A DNA stretch of 64,000 nucleotides from the human T2T-CHM13v2.0 reference genome, Homo sapiens. Under the pieces are notes generated by a model. The model was not told where the DNA came from. It saw nothing but the letters and a program-made list of their open reading frames with translations, and did no database searches. The DNA lies in the NCBI RefSeq assembly GCF_009914755.1, contig NC_060938.1; one strand, written 5' to 3'. The position numbers and the translations under genes are program-made. Shown here piece by piece: positions 1-30,424 of this stretch (the first letter of the stretch is position 1; every line of letters starts with the position of its first letter).

Positions 1-2790
<2,790 letters not shown>

Positions 2791-2915
2791 TCAGATACAT
2801 ATAGTTCTAACCTGTATTAGAGAATTACCTGTACAGATGCATACAGTTATATGTCTATTATCTCCAGGAATGTTCAACATTATTTGTGAGAGCTGAAAGT
2901 GGAGCCAACTGTTAA

Positions 2916-4294
<1,379 letters not shown>

Positions 4295-4456
4295 TAATTT
4301 TTGTATTTTTAGTAGAGATGGGGTTTCACCATGCTGGCCAGGATGGTCTCAATCTCTTGACCTTGTGATCCACCCACCTCGGCCTCCCAAAGTGCTGGGA
4401 TTATGAGCGTGAGCCACCACGCCCAGCCAATTTACTGCATTATAAAGGTGGAATAA

Positions 4457-6844
<2,388 letters not shown>

Positions 6845-7208
6845 CTATTAGATACCCATCTGAATTCTCAGTTTGGTCTAAAAAGATTCGTTTATGTGTG
6901 GTATTTAATTTTTGGATATTAACTGAACCTCAAAATTTTTTTCTTCCTTTATATGTATTCCTACATGATTGTAGGAGTCTGTCCTGAACTTCGATCATGT
7001 ACATTTTGGAAACTTATTTTAGAAAAAATCTAAGTCGTAAGAATTCTCAATGAAAAGAGGGTCTTTGCCAATTTCTTTGGGTAAGAAAAGTTCAGAATTT
7101 TGCAGATACTCTAAAAATGAAAGTCAACAAAGAAGGCATATAAAATTGTGACGTTTTCAAATAAAATGATTTGTCATGTCCTTTTTTCTTTAGACTGCTG
7201 CAGTAAGA

Positions 7209-7314
7209 ATGTCTTTTCCACCTCATTTGAATCGCCCTCCCATGGGAATCCCAGCACTCCCACCAGGGATCCCACCCCCGCAGTTTCCAGGATTTCCTCC
7301 ACCTGTACCTCCAG
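7209..7314 (+). CDS. RBM25: RBM25 exon 2 coding part (exon starts 7194); Pro-rich N-terminus
   Basis: ctttttctttag|actgct acceptor; ATG at 7209; MSFPPHLNRPPMGIPALPPGIPPPQFPGFPPPVPP; CAG|gtaagt donor, phase 1. Confidence 0.96.
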
Positions 7315-7545
7315 GTAAGTTTGTTGATACTGTTTTTTGTCGTTAAACTTGTACTTTTGTCTTTGTGATACTAACTTCAGGAAAATGTTAGATATGTGAC
7401 TGTGTTAGTGAAGATGCCTCTCAGCGTTGTTTGGGAAATGTGGATGTCTCTTTTTCCTATAGCAGTAGCTTTTATATCTGGCTGAGTATCAAACTCATCT
7501 GGAAATTTTTTTTTTTCTTCTCATCTGGAAAGTTTTTAAAAAATT

Positions 7546-11588
<4,043 letters not shown>

Positions 11589-11885
11589 TGAGGATCACCG
11601 AACCACATGAACCCGAATGGATAACTATCCAGGATTTTATGCTCTTTAAGTCAAAAGCATATTGAGGTGGCCATTTTGTTTTCAGGATAGTCTTTTTTGT
11701 AAGTTTATATGGACCAACCTGATACCACATTCCTTTTGAAAATAAGATAGTATTTATCAGTATTTCACTTTCATTTGTCTTATATTTCCACTTATGTTAA
11801 TTATGAGTAAGGATACTTAATTGTGTGGCATGTTGTTGATAGAGAATGCAGTCATGTAAAATCAGTGTGGTTTTTCTTTTCTTAG

Positions 11886-11935
11886 GGACCCCAATGATTC
11901 CTGTACCAATGAGCATTATGGCTCCTGCTCCAACT
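11886..11935 (+). CDS. RBM25: RBM25 exon 3
   Basis: ttttcttag|gg...ACT|gtaagt; (G)TPMIPVPMSIMAPAPT; 50 nt restores phase 0. Confidence 0.95.
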
Positions 11936-12500
11936 GTAAGTATAACTTAAAGGAGGAATCATGAGTTATGGTAGTGCTAGTGCTTTTAAGCTGAACAGCA
12001 TGATAAACTTAGATAAATTATGAGTATTTAAAAGAATAACAAGGACAGAATGACAGCACCCCTGTAGAGCATATCATTTATTTGAATAAGTATCATTTTC
12101 ACTTAGGTGTGCATATATGCAGTTGCCCTTGCAATGTGCTCCCTAAGTAGATAATTCTATGATTTTCCTGTTACTCTCTAGACTCTTCATATACTTGTTA
12201 TTACAAATTTAGGACTTTGGCTCTTCACTGCCTTCTCATCTTGGTCCTGGGAGATGGGAGAAGGATGTGACATGTCTGATCTCTTAACATAGGAATCCTT
12301 GTAAAAATTAAAATTTTGAAATGAAATTTGTGTGGACTACCTTTTACATGTTTCCTCCTACCTTCCTAAGGTATATGGCCTAAGGCATAAATTTTAAATG
12401 TTCAAGACATAGGCCAGGATCACCTGAGGCCAGGAGTTCAAGACTAGCCTGGCCAACATGGTGAAACCCTGTGTCTACTAAAAATACAAAAAATTATCTA

Positions 12501-12725
<225 letters not shown>

Positions 12726-12930
12726 CTAGTAGTAGAAGTTTACTTGTCACAAATAAGTTTGCATTAATGAAATGTGCTATGCACTTTAGGAGCTTTAGAA
12801 GTATACAAGCATGCAGAGCTTAAATAATGTGCTATATATATTTATTTAATCCTGATGTTTTTAGCCTAATGTTAATTGTGGTAGGAAATTTAATTGCTGG
12901 ATCAATTTTTATTTTGTTTCTTCACCTTAG

Positions 12931-13098
12931 GTCTTAGTACCCACTGTGTCTATGGTTGGAAAGCATTTGGGCGCAAGAAAGGATCATCCAGGCTTAAAGG
13001 CTAAAGAAAATGATGAAAATTGTGGTCCTACTACCACTGTTTTTGTTGGCAACATTTCCGAGAAAGCTTCAGACATGCTTATAAGACAACTCTTAGCT
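12931..13098 (+). CDS. RBM25: RBM25 exon 4 (start of RRM, RNP2 VFVGNI)
   Basis: caccttag|GTC...GCT|gtaagt; VLVPTVSMVGKHLGARKDHPGLKAKENDENCGPTTTVFVGNISEKASDMLIRQLLA. Confidence 0.96.
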
Positions 13099-13623
13099 GT
13101 AAGTTAAACTGTTTATTTTTCATTAAAAATTTTTTTATCATTCTACATTTCAAACTTAAGCAGAAAGAAGACTTTCAGTGATTGCTTTTTATTTTAAAAA
13201 ATTTCAGTCCTGCAGCAAAGGTGAAAAAGTACAGTGAACACGTTTGTATTCTTTTCCTAGATTCACCAATGAACATGTTTAGATATTTTATGTACACATG
13301 TGTACCACACACACTTTTTTCTTGGATAATTTGAAAGTAAATTGTGGCATAACATTTCACCTGTGAATCCTTCATTTATCTCCTAAGAGCAAGGACATTC
13401 TGCGACATAATCACAATGCCACTATCACACATGAAATTTGGCCGGGTGCAGTGGCTTTTGCCTGTGGTTGTAATCCTAGTCCTTTGCAAGGCTGAGGCAG
13501 GAGGATCTCTTAAGCTAGGAGTTCGAGACCAGCCTGGGCAACATATCGAGACACATCTTTACAAAAAATTAAAAAATAATAGGGCCAGATGCAGTGGCTC
13601 ATGCCTGTAATCCCAGCACTTCA

Positions 13624-13944
<321 letters not shown>

Positions 13945-14641
13945 TCAGAATCCGAGGTGGGAGAATTGCTTGAGTCTAGGAGTTGAAGGCTGCAGTGAGC
14001 TATGATCTTGTAATTGCACTCCAGCCCGAGCAAGAGAGTCTCTAAAACAAAAAAATATATAAAATTGATATAATATTGTTAACTAATGCACATGTAGTTC
14101 ATATTTAATTTTCCCAGTAATGGCCATAATATTAATAGTTGTTTTATTTTTCATCCATGATCCAATGAAAGATTTTTATTTACTTTTGAGACAGATTTGC
14201 TCTGTCACACAGGCTGAATGAAGTGGTGACATCTTGGCTCACTGCAAACTCTGCCTCCTGTATTTAAGTGATTCTCATGCCTCAGCCTCCCTAGTAGCTG
14301 GGATTACAGGCGCGTGCCATGACACCTGGCTCATTTTTGTGTTTTTTTAGAGACAAGGTTTCATCATGTTATCCAGACTTGTCTTGAACTCCTGGCCTCA
14401 AGCAAACCGCCTGCGTTGGCTTTCCAAAGTGTTGAGATTACACGCGTGGGCCACCACACCTGGCTAGGGTTAATATTTTGAGACTGTGAGTCCTTTTCCC
14501 CAATGATGTTAAACAATGATTTTAGCATCCAATGATGATTGACTGATTCCTTTTAAAGTTTTATTCTGAGCTTGAATAGTAATAAGTTGTTTAAATTTGG
14601 TAAGCTTGTTGATTCACTTTTTTTACCTTTTTAAGATTTTA

Positions 14642-15106
<465 letters not shown>

Positions 15107-15710
15107 TTATCTCAACCTGTGGTTCACCTCATGAGTAGTTCAGTATGAGTCCTGCAATCTTGCCATCCTCTGGAAATATTGTTGCCTGCTCTCCTTATGC
15201 CCCTCTGAGATGCTGGGCAATTACTTTACATCATTCATGATTCTTGTTCCTCAACTATTCATATTTAAGAAATTCCTGTTCTTTTAGAAGACTGGATCTC
15301 CTGGGCACTCTGTAAGTTTTAATTAACTGGTTTGAGGATGTTTTGGGTTTCTCAGTTTTGTTTTCTTCTATTACTTCCATGGGATTTTTGGTAATTTCAG
15401 TCTGAAGCCTGACTCCATTTTTATTCTTGAGTTTTCTCCTGGGCTTCTTTTCACTGTAGCCACAAGGCCTAATCTGAGGTCTGCAGAGAACTAGCACTTA
15501 CTCTGCTCTAATGGAATTCAGGAAAGTCAGAAGGTACTGGAGTATAGAAATGTGTTTGCTCCTGTCTGCTTCTGGAAGTCTCTGTTTTGCTATGTTATTA
15601 CTGCTAATGTTTTCTCCCTAGGTGTATGTGAAAAGATTCTCATCACAAATTCTCATAGAAGTGCCGTTTCTGAGTCTTAGGGCATGCTTATCTGCAGCTT
15701 TACAAGATAA

Positions 15711-15965
<255 letters not shown>

Positions 15966-16335
15966 TAGTAGAGACAAGGTTTCACCATGTTAGCCAGGAT
16001 GGTCTCGATCTCCTGACCTCGTGATCTGCCCGCTTTGGCCTCCCAAAGTGCTGGGATTACAGGCGTGAGCCACCGCGCCCGGCCCTCTTACACATCTTTT
16101 TTAACAATTGGTGTTTATTTAGAATTTTACATTGTGTTGTGAAATACCTTATTCCTATTTCAATATGCCTTTTTACTGTTCTTCATAATTTTGATATTAT
16201 CTGTTGACATGTTATGGTAGCTTGAGGCCTAAACTGTTAAAGGCCTCAGTCTCCCTTCCCTACTTCCTTACAGGTGTTACAAGATGGCGAACTTGATAAT
16301 AAGTATTATTATGTAAATAGTTTTAGCAGAACTAG

Positions 16336-16800
<465 letters not shown>

Positions 16801-16979
16801 TGATTCTTCTGCCTCAGCCTCCCAAGTAGCTGGGATTTCAGGCACCCGCCACCACGTCCGGCTAATTTTTGTATTTTTAGTAGAGATGGGGTTTTACCAT
16901 GTTGGCCAGACTGGTCTCGAACTTTTGACCTCAAGTGATCCACCCACCTTGGCTTCCCAAAGTGTGGGGATTCTTTTCC

Positions 16980-17850
16980 CTTCTTTTCTAGAGCTCCTCC
17001 TGTCAGGTCCCTTTGTTCGTCTCATGTGTTCTGGTTCCTCTAAGTCTACTTTTATCCTTGGATTTTTTTCTGTCTTTTCTAGTATTCCCCTTATTGCTGT
17101 TCTGTGTTGGGTGGTTTGGATCCTATATCTTGCTTGTGCCGACACATAGTAGTTCCTGTTATATTGGGATGATACATCCTCTGTATATGATGTACATGGT
17201 ATATATGGGTATGTGGTTGGTAACTTTTCTGAATCTAAATCTGAAGTGCTTTTTATTTCATGTGGTCAGTAGTTTACCGGGATATAGAATTCGGTGATGA
17301 AGCTTATCTTCCTCACATTGAAGGTGCTGCCTTATCGTGTTATAGCATCTAATGATGGTTTTCAGAAGTCCCGCATCATTCTGAATGCTCTTTGTGTGTG
17401 AACTGTTTTTCCCTGGAATGCCTCTCCTAGTGAGGATTTGACTGATTGGAGGTTTTAGTTCCTAATTATGTGAAATTCTTCGAATGTTTATTTGATTTTC
17501 TTATTTTTCTTATATCATTGTGTTGGTCACTTACTTGGTGGGCCATTTCGTTCTGGAGCCTTTTTTCAGGAGAAAATTTTGAGCTATTTGAGAATTCTTT
17601 TTACTTTCTTCAGGAACTCTGTTTGGATGTTGAGCTTCCAGGTTTGACCTATGTGTTTTTGATTTCCTATTTTCCATCTCTTACTATTTTGCACGGGTTC
17701 TTGGGATTTGTCCTTAACTTTACCTTCCAGACTTACATTGAAATATTTATTTTTAATGCCATGTTTCAAGTTTCCATTAGTTTTCTCTTGTTCTCTGAAG
17801 ATTTCTCACCTACACCCTCCTCCTTCTGTCTTTTTTTTAACTGGATGGAA
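16980..17850 (-). mobile_element. Degraded L1M/HAL1 ORF1-like remnant
   Basis: ggatatagaattc...ttgaagg...cagaagtc resembles antisense L1 ORF1; K/E-rich minus-strand translations. Confidence 0.5.
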
Positions 17851-18403
17851 CTTTATTTTATTTTTCTTTTTTGAGACAGTCTCATTCTGTTGCTCAGACT
17901 GGAGCATAGTGGCATGATTACAGCTCACTGCAGCCTCGATTTCCTGGGCTCTAGCCATCCATCCGTCTCATCCTCCTGAGTAGCTGGGACCACTGGTGTG
18001 TGCCACCACGCCCGCCTAATTTTTTTGTTTTTGTAGAGACAGTGTCTCCCTATGTTGCCCAGGCTGGTCTTGAACTCCTGGGCTCAAGCAATCCTTCCAC
18101 ATCAGCCTCCCAAAGTGTTGGGATTATAGACGTGAGCTACACCTCGCTGCTTTTATTTTTAAAGTATAATAGTGTCCTACCGTTCAGATAACCTGCCCTC
18201 CTTCACATTTTGGAATATTTCTCTTTATTTTTACAGAAAGCTGTTTTTGTTTATAGTTAGAGTCTTGCTGTGTATCTGCATTTTCTTTTCCCAAGTTATT
18301 TTTGCATACCGTATCAAGCGTTTTCCCATGTTAATGGGATGGCTGGGCGCAGTGGCTCGTGCCTGTAATCCCAGCACTTTGGGAGGCTGAGGCGGGCAGA
18401 TCA

Positions 18404-18658
<255 letters not shown>

Positions 18659-19054
18659 TTATAAATACATACATATTGTTTCAAAACATTTCTTTATAGA
18701 TTCATAATATTTACTTAAATTTATTATAGTTTGTTTTAACCATTCTAATTTTAGGCATTTAGGTTTACGTGTTTATTTTGTTAGGATAAGTAGTGATGCG
18801 AAACTTTTAATAAAAGGTAAACAATGTTCTGCAAATGAAGAATCAGTAAGAATTTATATTTTTCTTTAAATGATTTGTTGTTCATTTCTTTCATGTGATA
18901 AGTTTGTGGGAATTGCAAAAATTTTCGCAAATGTAGTTGCTGGTTTTTTATTTTATGTTTTTTATCCCTAGTAGAAATATAATTTTGCTTTTAGTTACAT
19001 TAAAAATTATTTTGTTAAATGGTAGCAATCTGTTTGTTTTGTTTTCTTTTTAAG

Positions 19055-19112
19055 AAATGTGGTTTGGTTTTGAGCTGGAAGAGAGTACAAGGTGCTTCCG
19101 GAAAGCTTCAAG
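19055..19112 (+). CDS. RBM25: RBM25 exon 5 (RRM)
   Basis: ttttaag|AAA...AAG|gtatgt; KCGLVLSWKRVQGASGKLQ. Confidence 0.95.
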
Positions 19113-19459
19113 GTATGTCATTTTTTTCCTTATTTGCTGAAATCACTTTAACTAACCTGTGTGCTTAAATCACTTTGCATGACTTAACTCTCATTGTCTT
19201 TATCAGTAAGACTTATTTTATTAGCACTCTTTGTCCTCTTTTTTATTGAAATAGGGTTAAAAGGCAGTTTGGGAAAATATTGGCTGAGAATTGAGATCAG
19301 AAGGAGGAAAAAGGTGTAAGAGGAAAGGAAAAAATTAAAATTGCTCAATTTAACTGGTTTCTTGTTCTTTCAAAAGTCTCTTTTGTCTCAAGAAATGACT
19401 GCATGATCAAAATGGAACAATTAGTAAGGGAGAAGAAGAGACAATCATGGCCTGTTAAC

Positions 19460-23262
<3,803 letters not shown>

Positions 23263-23568
23263 AATTGACTCCTTTTAATCATGAATTTCATTGACTCTGC
23301 TAAATATTTTATTAGAGCTTCTAATGAGTAGCAGTTTGTCTGATTTGAATTTTTCTTCCTCTCTGTTTTTCCCTTTTTTTCCCCTTTGGTTGTTTGAGGA
23401 TACTAAAAGTGAAATGGTTATCAAAGGGAATTGGTGGACAGGGGTGGAATTATGAATTGAGTGGTCTTTGTATTAAAACATTTGGACTCTAGTGATTCTA
23501 CTTTTCCATAATTTTTTTTCTTTTGTAAGTGAATTGGTATTTCACTAATTGTTTTCATCCATTGCTAG

Positions 23569-23729
23569 CCTTCGGATTCTGTGAGTACAAGGAGCCAGAA
23601 TCTACCCTCCGTGCACTCAGATTATTACATGACCTGCAAATTGGAGAGAAAAAGCTACTCGTTAAAGTTGATGCAAAGACAAAGGCACAGCTGGATGAAT
23701 GGAAAGCAAAGAAGAAAGCTTCTAATGGG
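23569..23729 (+). CDS. RBM25: RBM25 exon 6 (RRM, RNP1 AFGFCEY)
   Basis: attgctag|CC...GGG|gtatgt; AFGFCEYKEPESTLRALRLLHDLQIGEKKLLVKVDAKTKAQLDEWKAKKKASNG (ORF 23529..23759). Confidence 0.96.
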
Positions 23730-24099
23730 GTATGTTTTCTGTCGTGTTATCTTTTCTAGGCCAGACTGTGCTATTTCAGTGTAGTGCTTCTCATTATAAA
23801 TGAATCTAATATGGGGCTTCAAAAGATCATCATGTATGTGCTTGTGGCTTAATGTAGGAGGGTATTTTATAGTTTGTAGTTATTTTAAGTCTTATCTGCC
23901 CATAGTGGGTGGATGACTGTTGGTTTGCTTGTTCCAGGTTGGGATGAAAGTAGTAAGGGAGGCTGGACAAGGTTAACTTGCCAGAGAAAGCACTGGTACA
24001 GACTATTCCAAACAGAGCTAATTCATTAAGGCAGCTTTGTAAGTAAGTACAAAATATATTTCAACCTACACAATTTTTATTAGTTTCCCTCTCTTTTAG

Positions 24100-24215
24100 A
24101 AGTACACCGACTCTAAAATGAATGAAAGTCTGATTACTTGCCTTAGGTTGGGGGCTTTATCCAAGCTCTACTAAGTGAAGCTAAAATAAAGGACATTGTT
24201 GTATATTGTATTTTA
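24100..24215 (+). other. Candidate alternative terminal exon / intronic poly(A) site in intron 6
   Basis: tttccctctcttttag|AAG; KYTDSKMNESLITCLRLGALSKLY then TAA 24172-24174; AATAAA 24185-24190; GT/T-rich downstream. Confidence 0.5.
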
Positions 24216-24568
24216 ATGTATACATTATTACCTCCTCAGCAAAGTGAAACATAGCTAAAACTTGAGTATATATTTCCTTCATTTCTCTTCTTAGTTCCTT
24301 TTTGGCATCTCATGCTGAACAAATCCAAAATAGATTTATTAATGCCTTCCCCCAACACAAACAAAACCAGAAGAGTCTTTCGCTGTCGTCAAATTTTTAT
24401 TATCTTTCAAAATAGAAATCGCTTTTTGCTGGGCACGGTGGCTCACGCCTGTAATCCCAGAACTTTGGGAGGCAGAGGCGGGCAGATCACCTGAGGTCAG
24501 GAGTTCGAGACCAGCCTGGCCAACGTGGCGAAACCCTGTCTCTACTAAAAATACAAAAAATTAGCCTA

Positions 24569-24796
<228 letters not shown>

Positions 24797-25049
24797 TCAC
24801 AAAATGAAGCAAAGTATAAATAATCAATTAAATACCACCTGTAATCCCATCATCATAAGCAACACTGTAGGCGGTTTGGATGTATGTTCTTCCAGACATT
24901 TTTCTGTGTATGAATGTGGTTCATTTGTTTTTTGTTTTTTTTGAGACAGAGTCTCTCTGTCGTTCAGGCTAGAGTGCAGTGGTGCGATCTTGGCTCACTG
25001 CAACCTCTGCCTCCCGTGTTCAGGTGATTCTCCTGCCTCAGCCTCCTGA

Positions 25050-25424
<375 letters not shown>

Positions 25425-25640
25425 TGAGGCTGGTCTTGAACTCCTCACCTTAGGTGATCTGTCTGCCTCAGCCTCCCAAAGTGCTGGGATTACGTGTGAG
25501 CCACTCCACCCGGTCAGCATTGCCTGTATTTCTAAAACATAAGTATAATTTTATGAAACTCTTGCTTATATTATGTGAGACCCATCCTTAATGGTTTTGG
25601 ATTTCTTACAGAAAAAAGTACCCCCCCTCTTTTTTTTTGA

Positions 25641-25919
<279 letters not shown>

Positions 25920-26899
25920 TAAAGTCCATATTTTTAGGATGACATTCAAGGCTCACTCCAGTCCACGTTTCTAGCTTCCGTCTTCCCTCCCCTGCACATA
26001 CTACTGCATGTACCTCCACAGTCTTCCCTTTTGCTTTGCTGGCATCTCATGTCTTTGTTGCCTATCCAAGCTCCCTGTTGAAATTCTATCCATACTTATA
26101 ATTAACATGTCCCTTGATTCATACAGACTTTATCAGCCTGCCCTTAGTTTCTGTCAGACAGAATTAAGTCCTCTGTTCCCATATAAAGCAGATCTTTATA
26201 GCTGTTTTAGTAGATATTGTTTATATATCTCTCTCTTTCACAGCCCCTTGTAACCCATCTCATTCCCATATTCTCTTTCAACCCCCATCTCTGATTACAG
26301 ATAGAAAGGGTGATAAGTTTGTGGGCTGTGTCTCTTTAATCTTGTACCTCCACAGCATCTAGGACAGTGTCTTGCCTAAAGCAAGGATGGAATTAACATT
26401 TGTTAATACACGCTTATCTGTCAGTCTTACTATCCTCACCCTGCTTCATAAGGAAATTATATTTTATTTATATTTTATTTCAAATCAGTAATACTGCCTG
26501 TCACATCACTAAAACCTCAAAAAACAGAAATGTTTGAAATAAGAATTTTCAGGTTTGCCTTGTGATAACTGTATACTAACTAGTTGAAAGTATGGATTCA
26601 GTATCTTCAAAGTGTTCTGATTTGCTAGGACTCACTGTTTTCTTGTGTTTAATCTTCAGTTTGTGAGGTCATTTAATTTGTAGCATTTGCAAATGTTATA
26701 CTGAAAAACTCTGAGAATGAAATAAGTCACTATACTACGTATTTTTATAAATAAGGAAGTGCACAATTATGTGACTTCACATTTCTTGCTTGCTTGCTTT
26801 TTTTGGGGTGGGGACAGAGTGTTGCTCTGTCACCCAGGCTCGAGTGTGGGGTGGTGTGATCTCTGCTCACTGCAACCTCCTATTCCCAGGCTCCAGTGA

Positions 26900-27094
<195 letters not shown>

Positions 27095-27126
27095 TAATCA
27101 ACATTAGCCAGAGTAACCACACTTTA

Positions 27127-27444
<318 letters not shown>

Positions 27445-28147
27445 TCAAAAAAAAAGCGAAGTTACATGCAATAAAATCACACAGAAAAATTATTTTTAAT
27501 AAAAAATTAAAACAATTGACAGATATCAGTTATATGATTTATTGTTCCAACTGTTATATGTGTATTTCTGAGTGCCCTTTGGCTTCTTGCCCGGTGGTAC
27601 TTGAAGTCATAGGATAAACATGGCATATTTTCCTTAAGTGTCAATATTACTCAACAAATATAGGTTAAAAAAGCATTCTATCTGATGTAAAAAAAAATTT
27701 TCAAATAACTTAAGCAAATATTACTATATAGTGGAGTAGATTAGAGATTTGCCATGATTTTTTTTTTAAGGGTGGTGGGGGGTGTAGGGAGAGATGAAAG
27801 TCGGAGAGTGAGAGATTGGAGGGAGGGAGCAGGGGGAGGGGAGAAGATGGTGGGGGTGAGATGGGTGGCTACTGCCGCCATGATTTTTCAGTATAAAAAT
27901 ATGACATGGTGATTGTTTTTTATTCTTGGTCGTTGATTAGTTGGAGAAATTTAGAAAGCTGTTAAGTAGAGGATAGGAGAATGAGACATTGAAAACCCTT
28001 TGTGTTGCTTTATTAGGCATTTTCCTCTGAGGCAGAAGAGAAAACAATTAGTTCCTTATTTCTCATTGACTAAAAAGGAAACATGAGTTTGTCTAGGGGA
28101 GCAACATATTTTTCATGATCCAGAATTTTTTTTTAAATTTTCTTGCC

Positions 28148-28300
28148 TTTTTTTTTTTTTAATTAAGTTTTAGGGTACATGTTCACCACGTGCAGGTTTG
28201 TTACGTATATATACATGTGCCATGTTGGTGTGCTGCACCCATTAACTCGTCATTTAACATTAGGTATATCTCCTAATCCTATCCCTCCCACCTGCCCCCC
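28148..28300 (-). mobile_element. 5'-truncated L1PA 3' end inserted in the tail of a FLAM/Alu
   Basis: ttttagggtacatg...catgtgccatgttggtgtgctgcacccattaactcgtcatttaacattaggtatatctcc is the L1PA terminus; AAATTTTCTT on both sides. Confidence 0.85.
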
Positions 28301-29064
28301 AAAATTTTCTTTTTTTTATGAGATGGGGTCTCGCGTTGTTGCCCAGGCTGGTGTCGAACTCCTGGGCTCAAGCAGTTCTCCTGCTTCGGCCTCCCAAAGT
28401 GCTGGGTTTACAGGCATGAGCCACTGTGCCCAGCCAGATTCAGAATTTTAAGAAGAATTTTGCGCATGTGTAAGGTGTCTTGTCAAACAACTTGACTGAA
28501 CATTTTAATTTAGATTTTGCAGAATTTGCAGGTGTAACTTTTTTTCTTTCCATTTCTTATTGACCTCTAGTAGTAAAGTATTCCATGTGAGGTGGCCATG
28601 CTAATTTAGTTCATGTCCTATTGCTTTCTGGCTGTCCAGCAAAAATAGTATAGGAGACAATATATCTGCTTGTATGTCACAAGTCATAGTTATTAACCAT
28701 ATATTCAAGAATGAACACTGACAAGTGCTGGAAAAACAGTTATTCTCTGGAAAGAACCTATTTAATAGAGGACAGCTGCTTCAGGGGAACATCTTTGGAA
28801 ATTAGCCTGGCTGAGTACATTTTCTCAAAAGAAAGAACTCTGCATTTCCTTAAATTTTTTAAAAGGTTCGTACTTTGGATTCTAGACCTCAGTGCCAAAG
28901 AATGAGCCCAGCAGAGCTGTTTAACTTCACAGCTACTAGCTTTACTATTGAAATTTTAATTTCTCTGAAAAGAACCAACTAGGTGGGCCATGTAAACATT
29001 ACAGATAATCTGTCAGCTTCCTATATGGCTGAATCCTTCACCTTTTGTTTCCCAGTATTACTGA

Positions 29065-29199
<135 letters not shown>

Positions 29200-29454
29200 T
29201 GAGTAGCTGGGAGTACAGGCACCCGCCACCACGCCTGGCTAATTTTTTGTATTTTTAGTAAAGATGGGTTTCGCCATGTTGGCTAGGCTGGTCTCAAACT
29301 CTGGACCTCAGGTGGTCCACCCGCCTCGGCCTCCCAAAGTGTTGGGGTTATAGGTGTGAGCCACCGCACCCGGCCATCTGGTTTCTGAAGTATAAGAAAA
29401 AAACAGGAAATCAGAAAATCGTGTATAGTTGATATTCCAGAGATAGAGCTTTAG

Positions 29455-29758
<304 letters not shown>

Positions 29759-29972
29759 TGATCTGCCTGCCTCGGCCTCCCAAAGTGCTGGGATTATAGG
29801 TGTGAGCCACTGCATCCGGCCTAGGTTTTTTGTTGTTGTTGTTATTGTTTTTTTTTTAAATATTAGCAATCAGTTAAGATTTTTGGGTTAATAAACTTTT
29901 CTTCTAAAAATGTGAATTAGTTAATTCCAAATGCTTTATCTCTAATAGTAAAATAGCCATATTGATATTTAA

Positions 29973-30164
<192 letters not shown>

Positions 30165-30377
30165 TAATTTTTTGTGTTTTTAGTAGAGACGGGGTTTCAC
30201 CATGTTAGCCAGGATGGTCTCCATCTCCTGACTTAGTGAGCCGCTGCACGCGGCTGGGGAATTTTTGTATTTTTTTAGTAGAGACGGGGTTTCACCATGT
30301 TGGTCAGGCTGGTCTCGAACTCCTGACCTTGTGATCCGCCCGCCTCAGCCTCCCAAAATGCTGGGATTACAGGAGCG

Positions 30378-30424
30378 AGGTGTGTGTGTGTGTGTGTGTG
30401 TGTGTGTCTGTGTGTGTGTGTGTG
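30378..30424 (+). repeat. (GT)n microsatellite between Alus
   Basis: Direct observation. Confidence 0.9.

Noticed and set aside
15600-15700. Branch point and acceptor ctaatgttttctccctag at 15621
   Set aside because: No adequate downstream donor; context looks like degraded LINE sequence
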